Origin: Burkholderiales bacterium
GTDB taxonomy: Bacteria > Pseudomonadota > Gammaproteobacteria > Burkholderiales > Burkholderiaceae_C
NCBI GenBank assembly: GCA_028868875.1
Contig: JAGWTS010000001.1
Coordinates: forward strand, 1-60,882
Reading direction: 5' to 3'
DNA: 60,882 bases
The notes below the pieces were generated by a model. That model did not search any database and was not told where the DNA came from. It saw nothing but the letters and a program-made list of their open reading frames with translations. Each line of letters opens with the position of its first letter. Position 1 is the first letter of the stretch. The position numbers and the translations under genes were made by a program. This document shows, one piece after another, positions 11,021 through 20,803 of this stretch.

Positions 11021-11739
11021 AAAAAAGCGCCCGACACCCCGGCGCCGCGATCGGCCTGCTGCTCGCGTTCGCCTGCACCGCGGCGCGCGCCGAGGGCTTG
11101 CTCGCGGGCATCGCCCAGTACCGCAGCGACATCGTCCACCAGTCGGTCCAGATGATGACGATGGTGGCAGTCGCCGGCGTCCTCGCCATCCTCGTGGCGG
11201 TGCCGGCCGGCATCTACCTGAGCCGGCCTTCGCAAAAGCATGGCGCCGCCGTGCTGATGCAGGTGCTCAACGTCGGCCAGGCGGTGCCCAAGCTGGCCTT
11301 GCTGGCGCTCGCGATGAGCGCGATGGGCATCGGCGCGAAGCCGGCGATCTTCGCCCTCTGGGTGGCGACGCTGCTGCCGATCGCGCTCAACACCTACGAA
11401 GGCCTGCGTGCCGTGCCGCGCACGCTGATCGAGGCGGCCACCGGAATGGGGATGACGCCGCTGCAGATTCTCTGGCGCGTCGAACTGCCGAACGCGATGT
11501 ACGTGATGTTCGCGGGCGTTCGCACGGCGCTGGCCATCACCGTCGGCACCGCGCCGCTGGCCTTCCTGATCGGCGGCGGCGGCCTGGGCGAGCTGATCTT
11601 CACCGGCATCGACCTCAACGATTTTCCCATGCTGCTCGCGGGCGCCGTACCGACGGCCTTGCTGGCGATCCTCACCGACGCCTTTGTCGGCCAGATGCAG
11701 CGCCGGCTCGTTCCGCGCGGCGTCAACCCCCAGCGTTGA
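11017..11739 (+). CDS. Osmoprotectant ABC transporter permease 2
   Basis: EAATGMGM, IGGGGLGELIF. ATGA overlap with the ATPase stop. Confidence 0.9.
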
Positions 11740-11774
11740 AGCGCTGTTCTTTCCATCCCTTGATCGAGGAGACC

Positions 11775-12671
11775 ATGAAGAAGTCAATCTTTGCGCGCAC
11801 GCTTGCGCTGATCTGCGTCCTGCTGGCGACATGCTGGGCCGTCCCATCCTCCGCCGCAACCGTCGTCGTCGGCGGCAAGAACTTCACCGAGCAGCAGCTG
11901 ATGACGGAGATGACGACGCAGTTGCTGCAAGCCAAGGGGTTCACCGTGAACAAGAAGGACGGCATGGGCAGCGCCGTGCTGCGCCAGGCGCAGGAAAACG
12001 GCCAGGTCGACATTTACTGGGAATACACCGGCACCTCGCTGATCACCTACAACAAGATCACCGAGCGCATGAGCCCCGAAGACACCTACAAGAAGGTCAA
12101 GGAGCTGGACGCCGCCAAGGGGCTGGTGTGGCTGGATCCTTCGCGCGCCAACAACACCTACGCCTTCGCGATGAACGAGGACGAAGCCAAGAAACTCGGC
12201 ATCACGACGATGAGCGAACTCGCGGCGGCGATCAAGGGCGGCAGGAACCTCAGCTTCGCCTGCAATTCCGAGTTCTACGCCCGCCCCGACGGCCTGCGCC
12301 CGCTGCAAAAGGCCTACGGCTTTGAATTCAGCCAGGACCAGGTCAAGCGCATGGATTCGGGCCTGACCTACCAGGCGCTGAAGGACCGCCAGGTGGACAT
12401 CGCGCTGGTCTTCGCCACCGATGGCCGCATCCCCGCGTTCCACTTCGAGGTGCTGAAGGACGACAAGGGCTTCTTCCCCTCCTATGCGCTCACGCCCGTG
12501 ATCCGCAAGGCCACGCTCGATGCCAACCCGACGCTCGGCCCGATCCTGAATTCGCTCTCGGCCAAGCTCGACGCGAAGACGATGGCGCGGCTGAACGCGA
12601 GCGTCGACGTCTCGAAGAAGTCGTTCCACGACGTGGCGCACGACTTCCTCAAGGAGTCCGGCCTCATCTGA
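11775..12671 (+). CDS. Glycine betaine/OpuAC-type substrate-binding protein
   Basis: Signal peptide, GGKNFTEQ, YWEYTGT, NNTY, VFATDGRI, DDKGFFPSY. Confidence 0.93.
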   Translation: MKKSIFARTLALICVLLATCWAVPSSAATVVVGGKNFTEQQLMTEMTTQLLQAKGFTVNKKDGMGSAVLRQAQENGQVDIYWEYTGTSLITYNKITERMSPEDTYKKVKELDAAKGLVWLDPSRANNTYAFAMNEDEAKKLGITTMSELAAAIKGGRNLSFACNSEFYARPDGLRPLQKAYGFEFSQDQVKRMDSGLTYQALKDRQVDIALVFATDGRIPAFHFEVLKDDKGFFPSYALTPVIRKATLDANPTLGPILNSLSAKLDAKTMARLNASVDVSKKSFHDVAHDFLKESGLI

Positions 12672-12711
12672 GGCCGGCCCTCGCCATCCCGCAACCAGGC
12701 AAGGAGACGTC

Positions 12712-13590
12712 GTGAACACGAAGGCCGGAGCGCAGGGCACGCGGGCATCGATCAAGGTGGCCGCGGCCCAGATCGACGGTATCTACGGCGACCTCGACGC
12801 CAATGCGGCCAGGCACCTGGCTTGGATCAGCGAGGCGCGCGCGCAGCAGGTCGACCTGCTCGTGTTTCCCGAACTCTCCTTGTGCGGCCACAGCGCCGGG
12901 CGCGACGCGCCGCGCCTGGCGCTCGGAGTCGAAGAAGCGCTGATCGCGAAGCTGGCGCAGGCCTGCACCGACCTGCATGCGGTGATCGGCTTCATCGAGG
13001 AGGCGCCCGCCGGGCAGTTCTACAACAGCGTGGCGACGCTGGCGGACGGCGCGGTCGTGCGCGTGCATCGCAAGCTGCAGCTCGCCACCTACGGCCAGCT
13101 CGGCGACGGGCTGTATTACGCCGCCGGCAACGAGCTCGGCCATTTCGGGCTCGGTCCGCGCTGGCAGGTGGCGACGCCGATCTGCGCCGATCTCTGGACC
13201 CCGGCCCTCGTCGACGCCCTGGCCTGCGACGGCGCGACGCTGATCGCCGCGCCGATCAGCTCGGCCCGCGAAGCCGTGGGCGAGGGCTTCGACAACCCCG
13301 CGGGCTGGGACCTCAACCTGCGCTTCTACGCGATGACCTACGGCCTGGGCATCGTGATGGCGAACCGCGTCGGCAGCGAAGGGCCGATGAGTTTCTGGGG
13401 CGGATCGCGAATCCTGGATGCCTTCGGCAAGACGGTCGCGCTCGGCTCCGGCACGCGCGAAGAACTCGTCGTTGGCGAGCTCGACTACGAGACCGTGCGC
13501 CGCGCGCGCTTTCTGCTGCCGACGGTTCGCGACGCCCGCGCCTTCGCAGCGCGCCGGCGCGCCGGCGCCGTCACCCGACAACCTGAATGA
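12712..13590 (+). CDS. Nitrilase/carbon-nitrogen hydrolase
   Basis: E-K-C triad: FPELS, HRKLQL, PICADLW; FWGGSRILD. Confidence 0.92.
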   Translation: MNTKAGAQGTRASIKVAAAQIDGIYGDLDANAARHLAWISEARAQQVDLLVFPELSLCGHSAGRDAPRLALGVEEALIAKLAQACTDLHAVIGFIEEAPAGQFYNSVATLADGAVVRVHRKLQLATYGQLGDGLYYAAGNELGHFGLGPRWQVATPICADLWTPALVDALACDGATLIAAPISSAREAVGEGFDNPAGWDLNLRFYAMTYGLGIVMANRVGSEGPMSFWGGSRILDAFGKTVALGSGTREELVVGELDYETVRRARFLLPTVRDARAFAARRRAGAVTRQPE

Positions 13591-13600
13591 GGGAGCCCTG

Positions 13601-14791
13601 ATGTCAGACTTTCTACTGGACGAAGCCGACCGCGGCTTCCGCGCCGAGGTCCGAGCCTTTCTGCAGCGCGAACTCGCGCCGCGCGCGAGCGACATCGAAG
13701 ACCGGCAGGACTGGTCCGCCGTCAAGCAGGTGGTGCGCGCCCTCGGCGAGGCGGGCTACCTGCGGCTGATGTTCGCCGACCTGTACAAAGGCTCGCTCGC
13801 CAAGCCCGGCCTCACCCACGCGACGATCCTGTCGGAGGAAGCCGCGTACCTCAACTACGCCTTCGAGACGACGATCGCGACCGCGCTCAGCTGTGCCTAT
13901 CCGCTGCACCGCCATGCGGGCGAGAGCCTGCAAAGCGCGTATCTGGCGCCGATTCTCGACGGCCGCGCAATCGGCGCCATCTGCGTCACCGAACCCAACG
14001 TCGGCAGCGATTCCGCCGGCATGAGCACGCGCATCGAATTCGACGCGGCCATGGGCGAATGGGTCATCAACGGCTTCAAGCGCTACATCTCGAACGCTTC
14101 GGTCGCCGATGTCTACATCGTCTACGGCATCGCGGCCGGCGCCGACCCGGCAAAGGCCGGGATGACGGCGGTGGCGGTGCCGGCGACGGCGCCCGGACTG
14201 CGGTTTCCGCGCAACTACACCTTCATGGGCCGGCGCGGCTGCATCGTCGGCGAGGTGGAGTTCGACAACTGCCGGGTGCCGGCCGACCACTTGCTGGGCG
14301 AGGCCGGCGGCGGCTTCAAGATCATGCGCGGCATGTTCAATTTCGAGCGCGCCATCCTCGGCGGCTCGGGCCTGGGCGTGGCGCGCAGCGCCTTCGACAT
14401 CGCGACCGCCCATGCCCAGCGCCGCCATGCATTCGGGCAATTGCTCGGCTGCAAGCAATTGATCTGGGACAAGGTCGCCCAGATGAGCTGGCGCATCGAT
14501 GCCGCCGAACTCCTCACCTATCGCGCCACCAAGATGTACGACGCCGGCATCGACGGCAAGGCGTTGATGAAGGAAGCGGCGATGGCCAAGCTCGTGGCCA
14601 CCGAAACCGCCAATTTCTGCGCCAACGAGACGGTGCAGATTCTCGGCGGCGACGGCATCACCAAGGAATACGGCCGTGCCGAGCAGCTGTATCGCGATGC
14701 GCGCGCGCTGACCATCGTCGGCGGCACCTCCGAAGTCGCGAAATACCTGATTGCGAGCCGCGACCTGCCGCAAATCAGGATCCAACTCTAA
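13601..14791 (+). CDS. Acyl-CoA dehydrogenase
   Basis: CVTEPNVGSD, WVINGFKRYISN, QILGGDG, YRDAR, IVGGTSE. Confidence 0.93.
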   Translation: MSDFLLDEADRGFRAEVRAFLQRELAPRASDIEDRQDWSAVKQVVRALGEAGYLRLMFADLYKGSLAKPGLTHATILSEEAAYLNYAFETTIATALSCAYPLHRHAGESLQSAYLAPILDGRAIGAICVTEPNVGSDSAGMSTRIEFDAAMGEWVINGFKRYISNASVADVYIVYGIAAGADPAKAGMTAVAVPATAPGLRFPRNYTFMGRRGCIVGEVEFDNCRVPADHLLGEAGGGFKIMRGMFNFERAILGGSGLGVARSAFDIATAHAQRRHAFGQLLGCKQLIWDKVAQMSWRIDAAELLTYRATKMYDAGIDGKALMKEAAMAKLVATETANFCANETVQILGGDGITKEYGRAEQLYRDARALTIVGGTSEVAKYLIASRDLPQIRIQL

Positions 14792-14808
14792 ACAGCCTAT
14801 CCAGCACC

Positions 14809-16383
14809 ATGCTGACCATCACATCCCTTTTCGAGAACACGGTGGCGAGATACCCGGACCGGCCGGCGATCGTCTGCGGCGAGCTTGCGCTGACCTATGC
14901 CGAATGGGACCGGCGCGTGCGGCGACTGGCCCAGGCGCTGTTCGACCTGGGCGTGCGCCAGATGGACCGCGTCGGCATCCTGCAGAAGACCTCCGAGGCC
15001 ACGCCCACCGCCTTCATGGCCTGCCAGCTGCTCGGCGCGGTCGCGGTGCCGATGAATTTCCGCCTCTCGGCCAACGAGGCGGCCTTCATCCTGCGCGATG
15101 CCGGTGCGCGTGCCCTGGTCTACGACGAGTCGATGCAGCCGGTCATCGGCAAGATCGAGCAGGCCTTGCCCGACCTGGGCCTCTTCGTTCGCGTCGGCGG
15201 CGAAGAGCCGCTGCCGGCCGGCCACCATGATTTCGAGGCGCTCATCGCGGCGGTTTCCCAGCTCGACGCCCCGCTGCCGCAGTTGAAGCCCGAGGACATC
15301 TCGGCCTTCGTCTACACCTCGGGCACCACGGGCCGGCCCAAGGGCGCGATCCACACCCATGGCAACGATGTCGCCATCGCCAGCAATTGCGTGATGGAGT
15401 ACAGCCTGACGAGCACCGACGCGGCCCTGCACATCGCGCCGCTCTATCACGTCGGCGGCATGCAGGCTTATTTCATGCCGCATCTGATGGTGGGCGCGGC
15501 GAACGTGATCCTGCCGCGCTACGAGCCGCTGGCCACGCTCGAGGCGATCGCGCGCCATCGCATCACGACCTTGTTCGCGGTGCCGACGCAGATCCAGGAC
15601 ATGCTGTTCCATCCCCGGTTCGCCTCGATCGACGTGAGCAGCCTGCGCATGATCACGACCGGCGGCGCGGCGATTCCGGCCGCGACCATGGAGCGCGTGA
15701 TCCGCGAGTTCTGCCCCAACATCTTCAACGGCTACGGCATGACCGAAGCCAGCCTCACGCTGCTGCTGCACCCGCGCGACGCCCTGACCTGTCTGGGCTC
15801 CTGCGGCAAGCCGACGTTGATCAGCAGTTGCCGTGTCGTGAAGAACGACCCCGAGCGCACGGTGCCGCCGGCCGAGACGGTGGGCGTGGGCGAAGTCGGG
15901 CAGTTGATCGTCAAGGGGCCGCAAATGGTCGACCGCTATTGGAACAATCCGGCCGAGACCGAGAAGAAGTTCAAGGGCGGCTGGCTTTACACGGGCGACC
16001 TCTTCAGCATCGACGAAGCCGGCTATTTCCATTTCCAGGGCCGCGCCGACGACATGATCGTCTCCGGCGGCGAGAACATCTATCCGCGCGAGGTCGAGGA
16101 AGTGCTGTACCGCTGCCCCGGCGTGCAGGAAGCCGCCGTGATCGGCGTACCCGACGCCAAATGGGGCCAGGCCGTCACGGCCTTCGTGGTGCGCAGCGAT
16201 GCCGCGCTCGCCGAAGCCGATGTCGTCTCGTTCTGCAAGGCGAGCGACGACCTCGCGCCCTACAAGCGACCGAAGAAGGTGCTCTTCGTCGACCAGTTGC
16301 CGCTCAACCCGAGCGGCAAGGTGCTGCGCCACGAACTGGCCGGCGCAATCTATCAAAAACTCACGGCAGGAGCCACCCAATGA
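14809..16383 (+). CDS. Acyl-CoA synthetase (AMP-forming CoA ligase)
   Basis: YTSGTTGRPKG, YGMTE, TGD, GRADDMIVSGGENIYPREVE, LPLNPSGK. Confidence 0.95.
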   Translation: MLTITSLFENTVARYPDRPAIVCGELALTYAEWDRRVRRLAQALFDLGVRQMDRVGILQKTSEATPTAFMACQLLGAVAVPMNFRLSANEAAFILRDAGARALVYDESMQPVIGKIEQALPDLGLFVRVGGEEPLPAGHHDFEALIAAVSQLDAPLPQLKPEDISAFVYTSGTTGRPKGAIHTHGNDVAIASNCVMEYSLTSTDAALHIAPLYHVGGMQAYFMPHLMVGAANVILPRYEPLATLEAIARHRITTLFAVPTQIQDMLFHPRFASIDVSSLRMITTGGAAIPAATMERVIREFCPNIFNGYGMTEASLTLLLHPRDALTCLGSCGKPTLISSCRVVKNDPERTVPPAETVGVGEVGQLIVKGPQMVDRYWNNPAETEKKFKGGWLYTGDLFSIDEAGYFHFQGRADDMIVSGGENIYPREVEEVLYRCPGVQEAAVIGVPDAKWGQAVTAFVVRSDAALAEADVVSFCKASDDLAPYKRPKKVLFVDQLPLNPSGKVLRHELAGAIYQKLTAGATQ

Positions 16384-17180
16384 CCGAACCGGTGCTTTAC
16401 GAACAGCAGGACTCGATCGTCACGCTGACGCTCAACCGCCCGGCGACGCGCAATGCGCTGACCGAGATGGAAGTGGTCGACGCGCTCGTCGCCTGCCTCG
16501 AGCGCGCGCAGGCCGACGGCAGCGTCCGCGTCCTCATCCTCACCGGTGCCGGGCCGGCCTTTTCTTCCGGCGGCAACATCAAGCACATGCGCGACGAGCT
16601 CGGCACCTTCGGCGGCAGCTCGGCGCAGATCCGCGAGAACTACCGCCGCGGCATCCAGCGCATTCCGCGTGCCTTCCATGAACTGGACGTGCCCTGCATC
16701 GCGGCGGTGAACGGCCCGGCGCACGGCGCGGGCTGCGACCTGAGCTTGATGTGCGACATCCGCATCGCCGCCCAGAGCGCCCTGTTTGCCGAGAGCTTCG
16801 CCAAGGTCGGCATCATCCCCGGCGACGGCGGGGCCTGGCTGCTGCCGCGCGCGATCGGGCTTTCGCGCGCCTGCGAGATGATCTTCACCGCCACCCCGAT
16901 CGATGCCCGGCGCGCCCTCGAATGGGGATTGGTGTCGCGCGTCGTGCCGGATGCCGAATTGATGGCGGCCGCGCGCGAGCTCGCGCAGGCGATCGCCGCC
17001 AATCCGCCCGGCGTGCTGCGCATGTCCAAGCGCCTGGTGCGCGAAGGCCAGAGAATGGAACTGGTGAGCCTGCTGGAAATGTCGGCCGCCTTCCAGGGCA
17101 TTGCCCACCGCACCGCCAACCACCGCGAGGCGATCGCGGCGACCTTCGAAAAGCGCCCGCCGCGCTTCACCGGAGACTGA
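16380..17180 (+). CDS. Enoyl-CoA hydratase/crotonase family protein
   Basis: LTLNRPATRNAL, FSSGGNI, AAVNGPAHGAG, GIIPGDGG, KRPPRFTG. Confidence 0.93.
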   Translation: MTEPVLYEQQDSIVTLTLNRPATRNALTEMEVVDALVACLERAQADGSVRVLILTGAGPAFSSGGNIKHMRDELGTFGGSSAQIRENYRRGIQRIPRAFHELDVPCIAAVNGPAHGAGCDLSLMCDIRIAAQSALFAESFAKVGIIPGDGGAWLLPRAIGLSRACEMIFTATPIDARRALEWGLVSRVVPDAELMAAARELAQAIAANPPGVLRMSKRLVREGQRMELVSLLEMSAAFQGIAHRTANHREAIAATFEKRPPRFTGD

Positions 17181-17183
17181 GCC

Positions 17184-18521
17184 ATCGCCGCGCCCGCCGT
17201 CGATTTCATTCAGGGCCTGGGCTTCGGCGACCTGCCCGAGGGCGTCGTCGAGCAGGCCCGGCTGTGCCTGCTCGACCTGTTGGGCGTCGCGCTCTCGGGC
17301 CGGCGCACCGCGATGTCGCGCATCGCCTGCGATCACGCGGTCGAGTTCTTCGGGCCCGGCCGGCTGCGCTCGCGCCTCTTATTCGACGGCCGCTCGGCGA
17401 GCCCGATCGGCGCCGGCTTCGCGGGCGCGGCCACCATCGACAGCTGCGACGGCCACGACGGCCATGCGCTGACCAAGGGTCATGCCGGCGTCGCCGTGCT
17501 GCCGGCGCTGCTTGCGCTGGCCGAGCAGCGGCCGCAGATGAGCGGCCGCGAGTTCATCGCCGCGCTCGTGCTCGGTTACGAAATCGGCACCCGCGCCGGC
17601 ATCGCCCTGCACGCGAGCGCGAGCGACTATCACAGCTCCGGCGCCTGGAATGCGCTGGCGGCCGCCGCGCTCGCGGCGCATCTGCTGCCGCTGGACGCGC
17701 AGCGCACGCGCGAGGCGCTGGGCATTGCCGAATACCACGGGCCGCGCAGTCCGATGATGCGCTGCATCGACCACCCGACGATGGTCAAGGACGGCTCGGC
17801 CTGGGGCTGCCTGGCCGGCTTGAGCGCGGGCTATCTGGCCGAGCGCGGATTTACCGGCGCCCCTGCTTCGACCGTCGAGCAGCTGCAACTGCAGGACCTG
17901 TGGGGCGATCTCGGCGCGCGCTGGCGCATCCTCGAGCAGTATTTCAAGCCGCACCCGGTTTGCCGATGGGCGCATCCGGCCATCGACGCGGCGCTGGCGC
18001 TCGCGCGCCAGCATGGCCTGGCGAGCGGCCAGATCCGCGCCGTGCGCGTGAAGACCTTTCACCACGCCACACGGCTTGCCCACGCCTGCCCGCAGACGAC
18101 CGAGCAGGCGCAATACAGCCTGCAGTTTCCGGTTGCGGCCGCACTCGTTCATGGCGAGGTCGATTTCGCGACGCTCGACGGCGTCGGCCTGGGGGATGCC
18201 GAAGTGCTGCGCCTCGCCCGCCTGATGCGGGTGGAGGAATGGCCACCTTACAGCGCGCGCTTTCCGGGCGAGCGCATCGCCGAAGTGTGCGTCGAGACGG
18301 CCGACGGCCGCTGCCTCGAATCGGGGCCGACACGGGCGCGCGGGGATCCGGACCTGGCGCTGGGCGCCGCGGCCTTGCGCGCCAATTTCCGGCATTCCTT
18401 CGCGGCCGCCAGCGCGCCGGGGCTGGCGACGGAACTCGAGGACTGCGTGTCCAGGCTGGGCGCGGACGAAGCGCCGGTGGCGCCCTTGCTCGATCGGGTG
18501 TTGGATAAAGTCAGGGTCTAG
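17184..18521 (+). CDS. MmgE/PrpD family protein (start non-canonical or lost)
   Basis: DLPEGVVEQARLCLLDLLGVALSG, DGHDGH...GH, YFKPHPVCRWAHP, QYSLQF. Family-like sequence begins upstream of the first TTG (17280); in-frame ATC at 17184 lies 7 nt after GGAGA. Confidence 0.85.
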   Translation: MAAPAVDFIQGLGFGDLPEGVVEQARLCLLDLLGVALSGRRTAMSRIACDHAVEFFGPGRLRSRLLFDGRSASPIGAGFAGAATIDSCDGHDGHALTKGHAGVAVLPALLALAEQRPQMSGREFIAALVLGYEIGTRAGIALHASASDYHSSGAWNALAAAALAAHLLPLDAQRTREALGIAEYHGPRSPMMRCIDHPTMVKDGSAWGCLAGLSAGYLAERGFTGAPASTVEQLQLQDLWGDLGARWRILEQYFKPHPVCRWAHPAIDAALALARQHGLASGQIRAVRVKTFHHATRLAHACPQTTEQAQYSLQFPVAAALVHGEVDFATLDGVGLGDAEVLRLARLMRVEEWPPYSARFPGERIAEVCVETADGRCLESGPTRARGDPDLALGAAALRANFRHSFAAASAPGLATELEDCVSRLGADEAPVAPLLDRVLDKVRV

Positions 18522-18526
18522 CCTCG

Positions 18527-19510
18527 ATGGGCCCGCCGGAAATCGCCAAGACGCCTCCCACCACCCAGCGCATCGGCTTCTTCCTGGTGCCGCAGTTCTC
18601 GATGATGGCGCTCAGCTCGGCCACCGAGCCGCTGCGGGCAGCCAACCGGGTGGCCGGCACGACGCTGTACAGCTGGCATCTGATCAGCGTCGACGGCGAG
18701 CCGGTGGCCTCGAGCTCAGGCTTTGCGATGCAGCCTGAATACTCGATCGCCGCGCCGGCTCGGCTGAGCCATCTTTTCGTCGTCGCCAGCATCGGCGTCT
18801 CGGACTACCGCAACGCGCAGGTATTCGATTGCCTGCGCCAGCGCGCGGCCGAGGGCCTGACGCTGGGCGGGATCAGCCTGGGCACGATGATCCTGGCGCG
18901 CGCGGGCGTGCTCGACCGGCGCCGCTGCACGATCCACTGGGAGGCCTGCCGGGAATTGTCGGACGAGTTTCCGTCGCTCGAGGTCACGCGCGACATCTAT
19001 TGCATCGACGGCGACCGCATGACCTGCAGCGGCGGCACGGCCGCCATCGACATGATGCTCGACCTCGTCGCGCGCCAGCACGGCCGCCAGCTCGCCGGCG
19101 AGATCGCCGACCAGTTCATCCATTCGCGCATGCGCACGGCGCAGGAGAGCCAGAAGATGGCGATCCAATGGCGCTATGGGGTCAAGGACCGGCGCATCGT
19201 CAACGCCATCACGCTGATGGAACAGAACATCGAGCGGCCGATTCCGATCGCGACGATCGCGTCGCTGGCGGGCATTTCGGCGCGCACCTTCGAGCGCATG
19301 TGGCTCAAGCATTTCGCCATCCGGCCTTCGCAGTTCTATCTCGAGCTGCGCTTGAAGGCGAGCCAGAAGCTGATCCGCGAATCCACCTGTTCGCTGCTCG
19401 ACGTCGCGATGCAAAGCGGGTTCGCGAGCGCGTCGCACCTGGGGCGCTGCTACAAGCAGTTCTTCGGTATCACGCCGGGCCGGGAGCGCGCTGCGGGCCC
19501 GGCGCAATGA
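18527..19510 (+). CDS. GlxA-family AraC regulator (GbdR/CdhR-like)
   Basis: FSMMALSSATEPLRAAN, CTIHWE, TCSGGTAAIDMML, C-terminal double HTH (GFASASHL). Confidence 0.93.
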   Translation: MGPPEIAKTPPTTQRIGFFLVPQFSMMALSSATEPLRAANRVAGTTLYSWHLISVDGEPVASSSGFAMQPEYSIAAPARLSHLFVVASIGVSDYRNAQVFDCLRQRAAEGLTLGGISLGTMILARAGVLDRRRCTIHWEACRELSDEFPSLEVTRDIYCIDGDRMTCSGGTAAIDMMLDLVARQHGRQLAGEIADQFIHSRMRTAQESQKMAIQWRYGVKDRRIVNAITLMEQNIERPIPIATIASLAGISARTFERMWLKHFAIRPSQFYLELRLKASQKLIRESTCSLLDVAMQSGFASASHLGRCYKQFFGITPGRERAAGPAQ

Positions 19511-19547
19511 ACGGGCCTGCGCCCGCGCCCACGGGACCGTCGCTCAG

Positions 19548-20348
19548 TCAGGCGGCCGCAGCCTTGGTCGCGACGATGACCTGGAAGTTGCCGAACAAGG
19601 CCGTCCGGCGTTCGCAGTGGATGCCGTCGATGGCGTCGAGCTGCAGAACTGGGTCTTGCACGTCCCAGAGCGCGAGGCCAAACGGCTCGAAGCACTTGAA
19701 GTACAACCAGCCGAGCGCGCGCAGGGCCCAGACTTCGGGCCTGTGGAACTCGGCCAGAAGGAGCTTGCCGCCCGGCGTCAGCACGCGCGCCGCCTCGCTG
19801 AGGGCCTTGCGCTTCATCTCGGGCTCCAGTTCGTGCAGCAGAAAGAACAGCACGTTGGCCGTCACCGACGCATCGGGCAGGCTCATCGCCGTGGCGTCGC
19901 CCTGGAAGCAGTCCACCTGGCCGCCTGGCTGCGCCAGCTTGCTGCGGGCGTGGACGAGTTCGTTCTCGATGAGGTCGACGATCCGGACCTTGCGTGCGCC
20001 CGAGGCCAGCGACACCTGGACGACGCGCGGCACGACATCGCCGAAGGCGCAGGAGGTGATCAGCACGTCCTGCCCGCGCAGCGACATCTGCTGCAATTCG
20101 GTCGTGATGCTCGAAACCAGGCGGCTGTACTGGAAGAGCAGGATCGCCGAGATCACGGGCTGGAAGTCCACCAGCCGTATCAGCCACAGCGTCGAATAAA
20201 GCGGGTAGACATGCGACGACGGGCTGCGCGCCTGATGGCGCAGCTGGCGCAGAATCAAGGCCCCTTTCGTGAAAGCGTAGAAGAACAACCCGATCGCGAG
20301 CGGAATCAGCAGGAGCGGCAGGACGAACTCCAGGATCCAGGAACGCAA
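19548..20348 (-). CDS. Class I SAM-dependent methyltransferase-fold protein, RquA-like, with N-terminal TM helix
   Basis: ITSCAFGD in place of GxGxG, QGDAT, FFLLHEL, RVLTPGG, EFHRP. TTG start at 20348 inferred. Confidence 0.75.
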   Translation of the reverse strand: MRSWILEFVLPLLLIPLAIGLFFYAFTKGALILRQLRHQARSPSSHVYPLYSTLWLIRLVDFQPVISAILLFQYSRLVSSITTELQQMSLRGQDVLITSCAFGDVVPRVVQVSLASGARKVRIVDLIENELVHARSKLAQPGGQVDCFQGDATAMSLPDASVTANVLFFLLHELEPEMKRKALSEAARVLTPGGKLLLAEFHRPEVWALRALGWLYFKCFEPFGLALWDVQDPVLQLDAIDGIHCERRTALFGNFQVIVATKAAAA

Positions 20349-20523
20349 GGCAGGGTCTTTCCGAAAGGGGTCGAAAGCGCGCACTCGGGCTCGGGTGGCC
20401 GCGCATCGACACGGATGATGGGGCGGCGCCGGCAGGGGCGCGCGATGGGCTCCAGTCTGACACGGGGAGTGCGCCAGGACGCGCCGCCGGGGCCCCGTGT
20501 GTCCCGGGCCGCAGCTCCGCACC

Positions 20524-20748
20524 TCAGGCCCGGCCATCGCGGCCGCGCAAGGGATCGAGCAGTTCGCGCAGGCCGTTGTGGTCGATCTCCTGCATCAGCG
20601 CCAGCAGCCGGCCGATCTCGCCTTTCGGGAAACCTTCCCTGGCAAACCAGTTGAGGTAATTGCAGGGCAGATCGGCGAGGACGATTCCCTTGTGTTTGCC
20701 GAATGGCATGGTCATCGCGACCAGCTTGCAGAGGTCTTCGGGATTCAT
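20524..20748 (-). CDS. DUF3820 family small protein
   Basis: MPFGKHKG...LADLP..YLNWFAREGFPKGEIG...EIDHNGL. Confidence 0.88.
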   Translation of the reverse strand: MNPEDLCKLVAMTMPFGKHKGIVLADLPCNYLNWFAREGFPKGEIGRLLALMQEIDHNGLRELLDPLRGRDGRA

Positions 20749-20803
20749 GTTGTATTCGGTCAAGCTGCATGCGGGCAGGCGGCCCGCCGCAGAGCCTGCG
20801 CCC

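Noticed and set aside
17178-17230. Selenocysteine recoding of the crotonase TGA
   Set aside because: No convincing bacterial SECIS hairpin follows, and the position matches the normal crotonase C-terminus.
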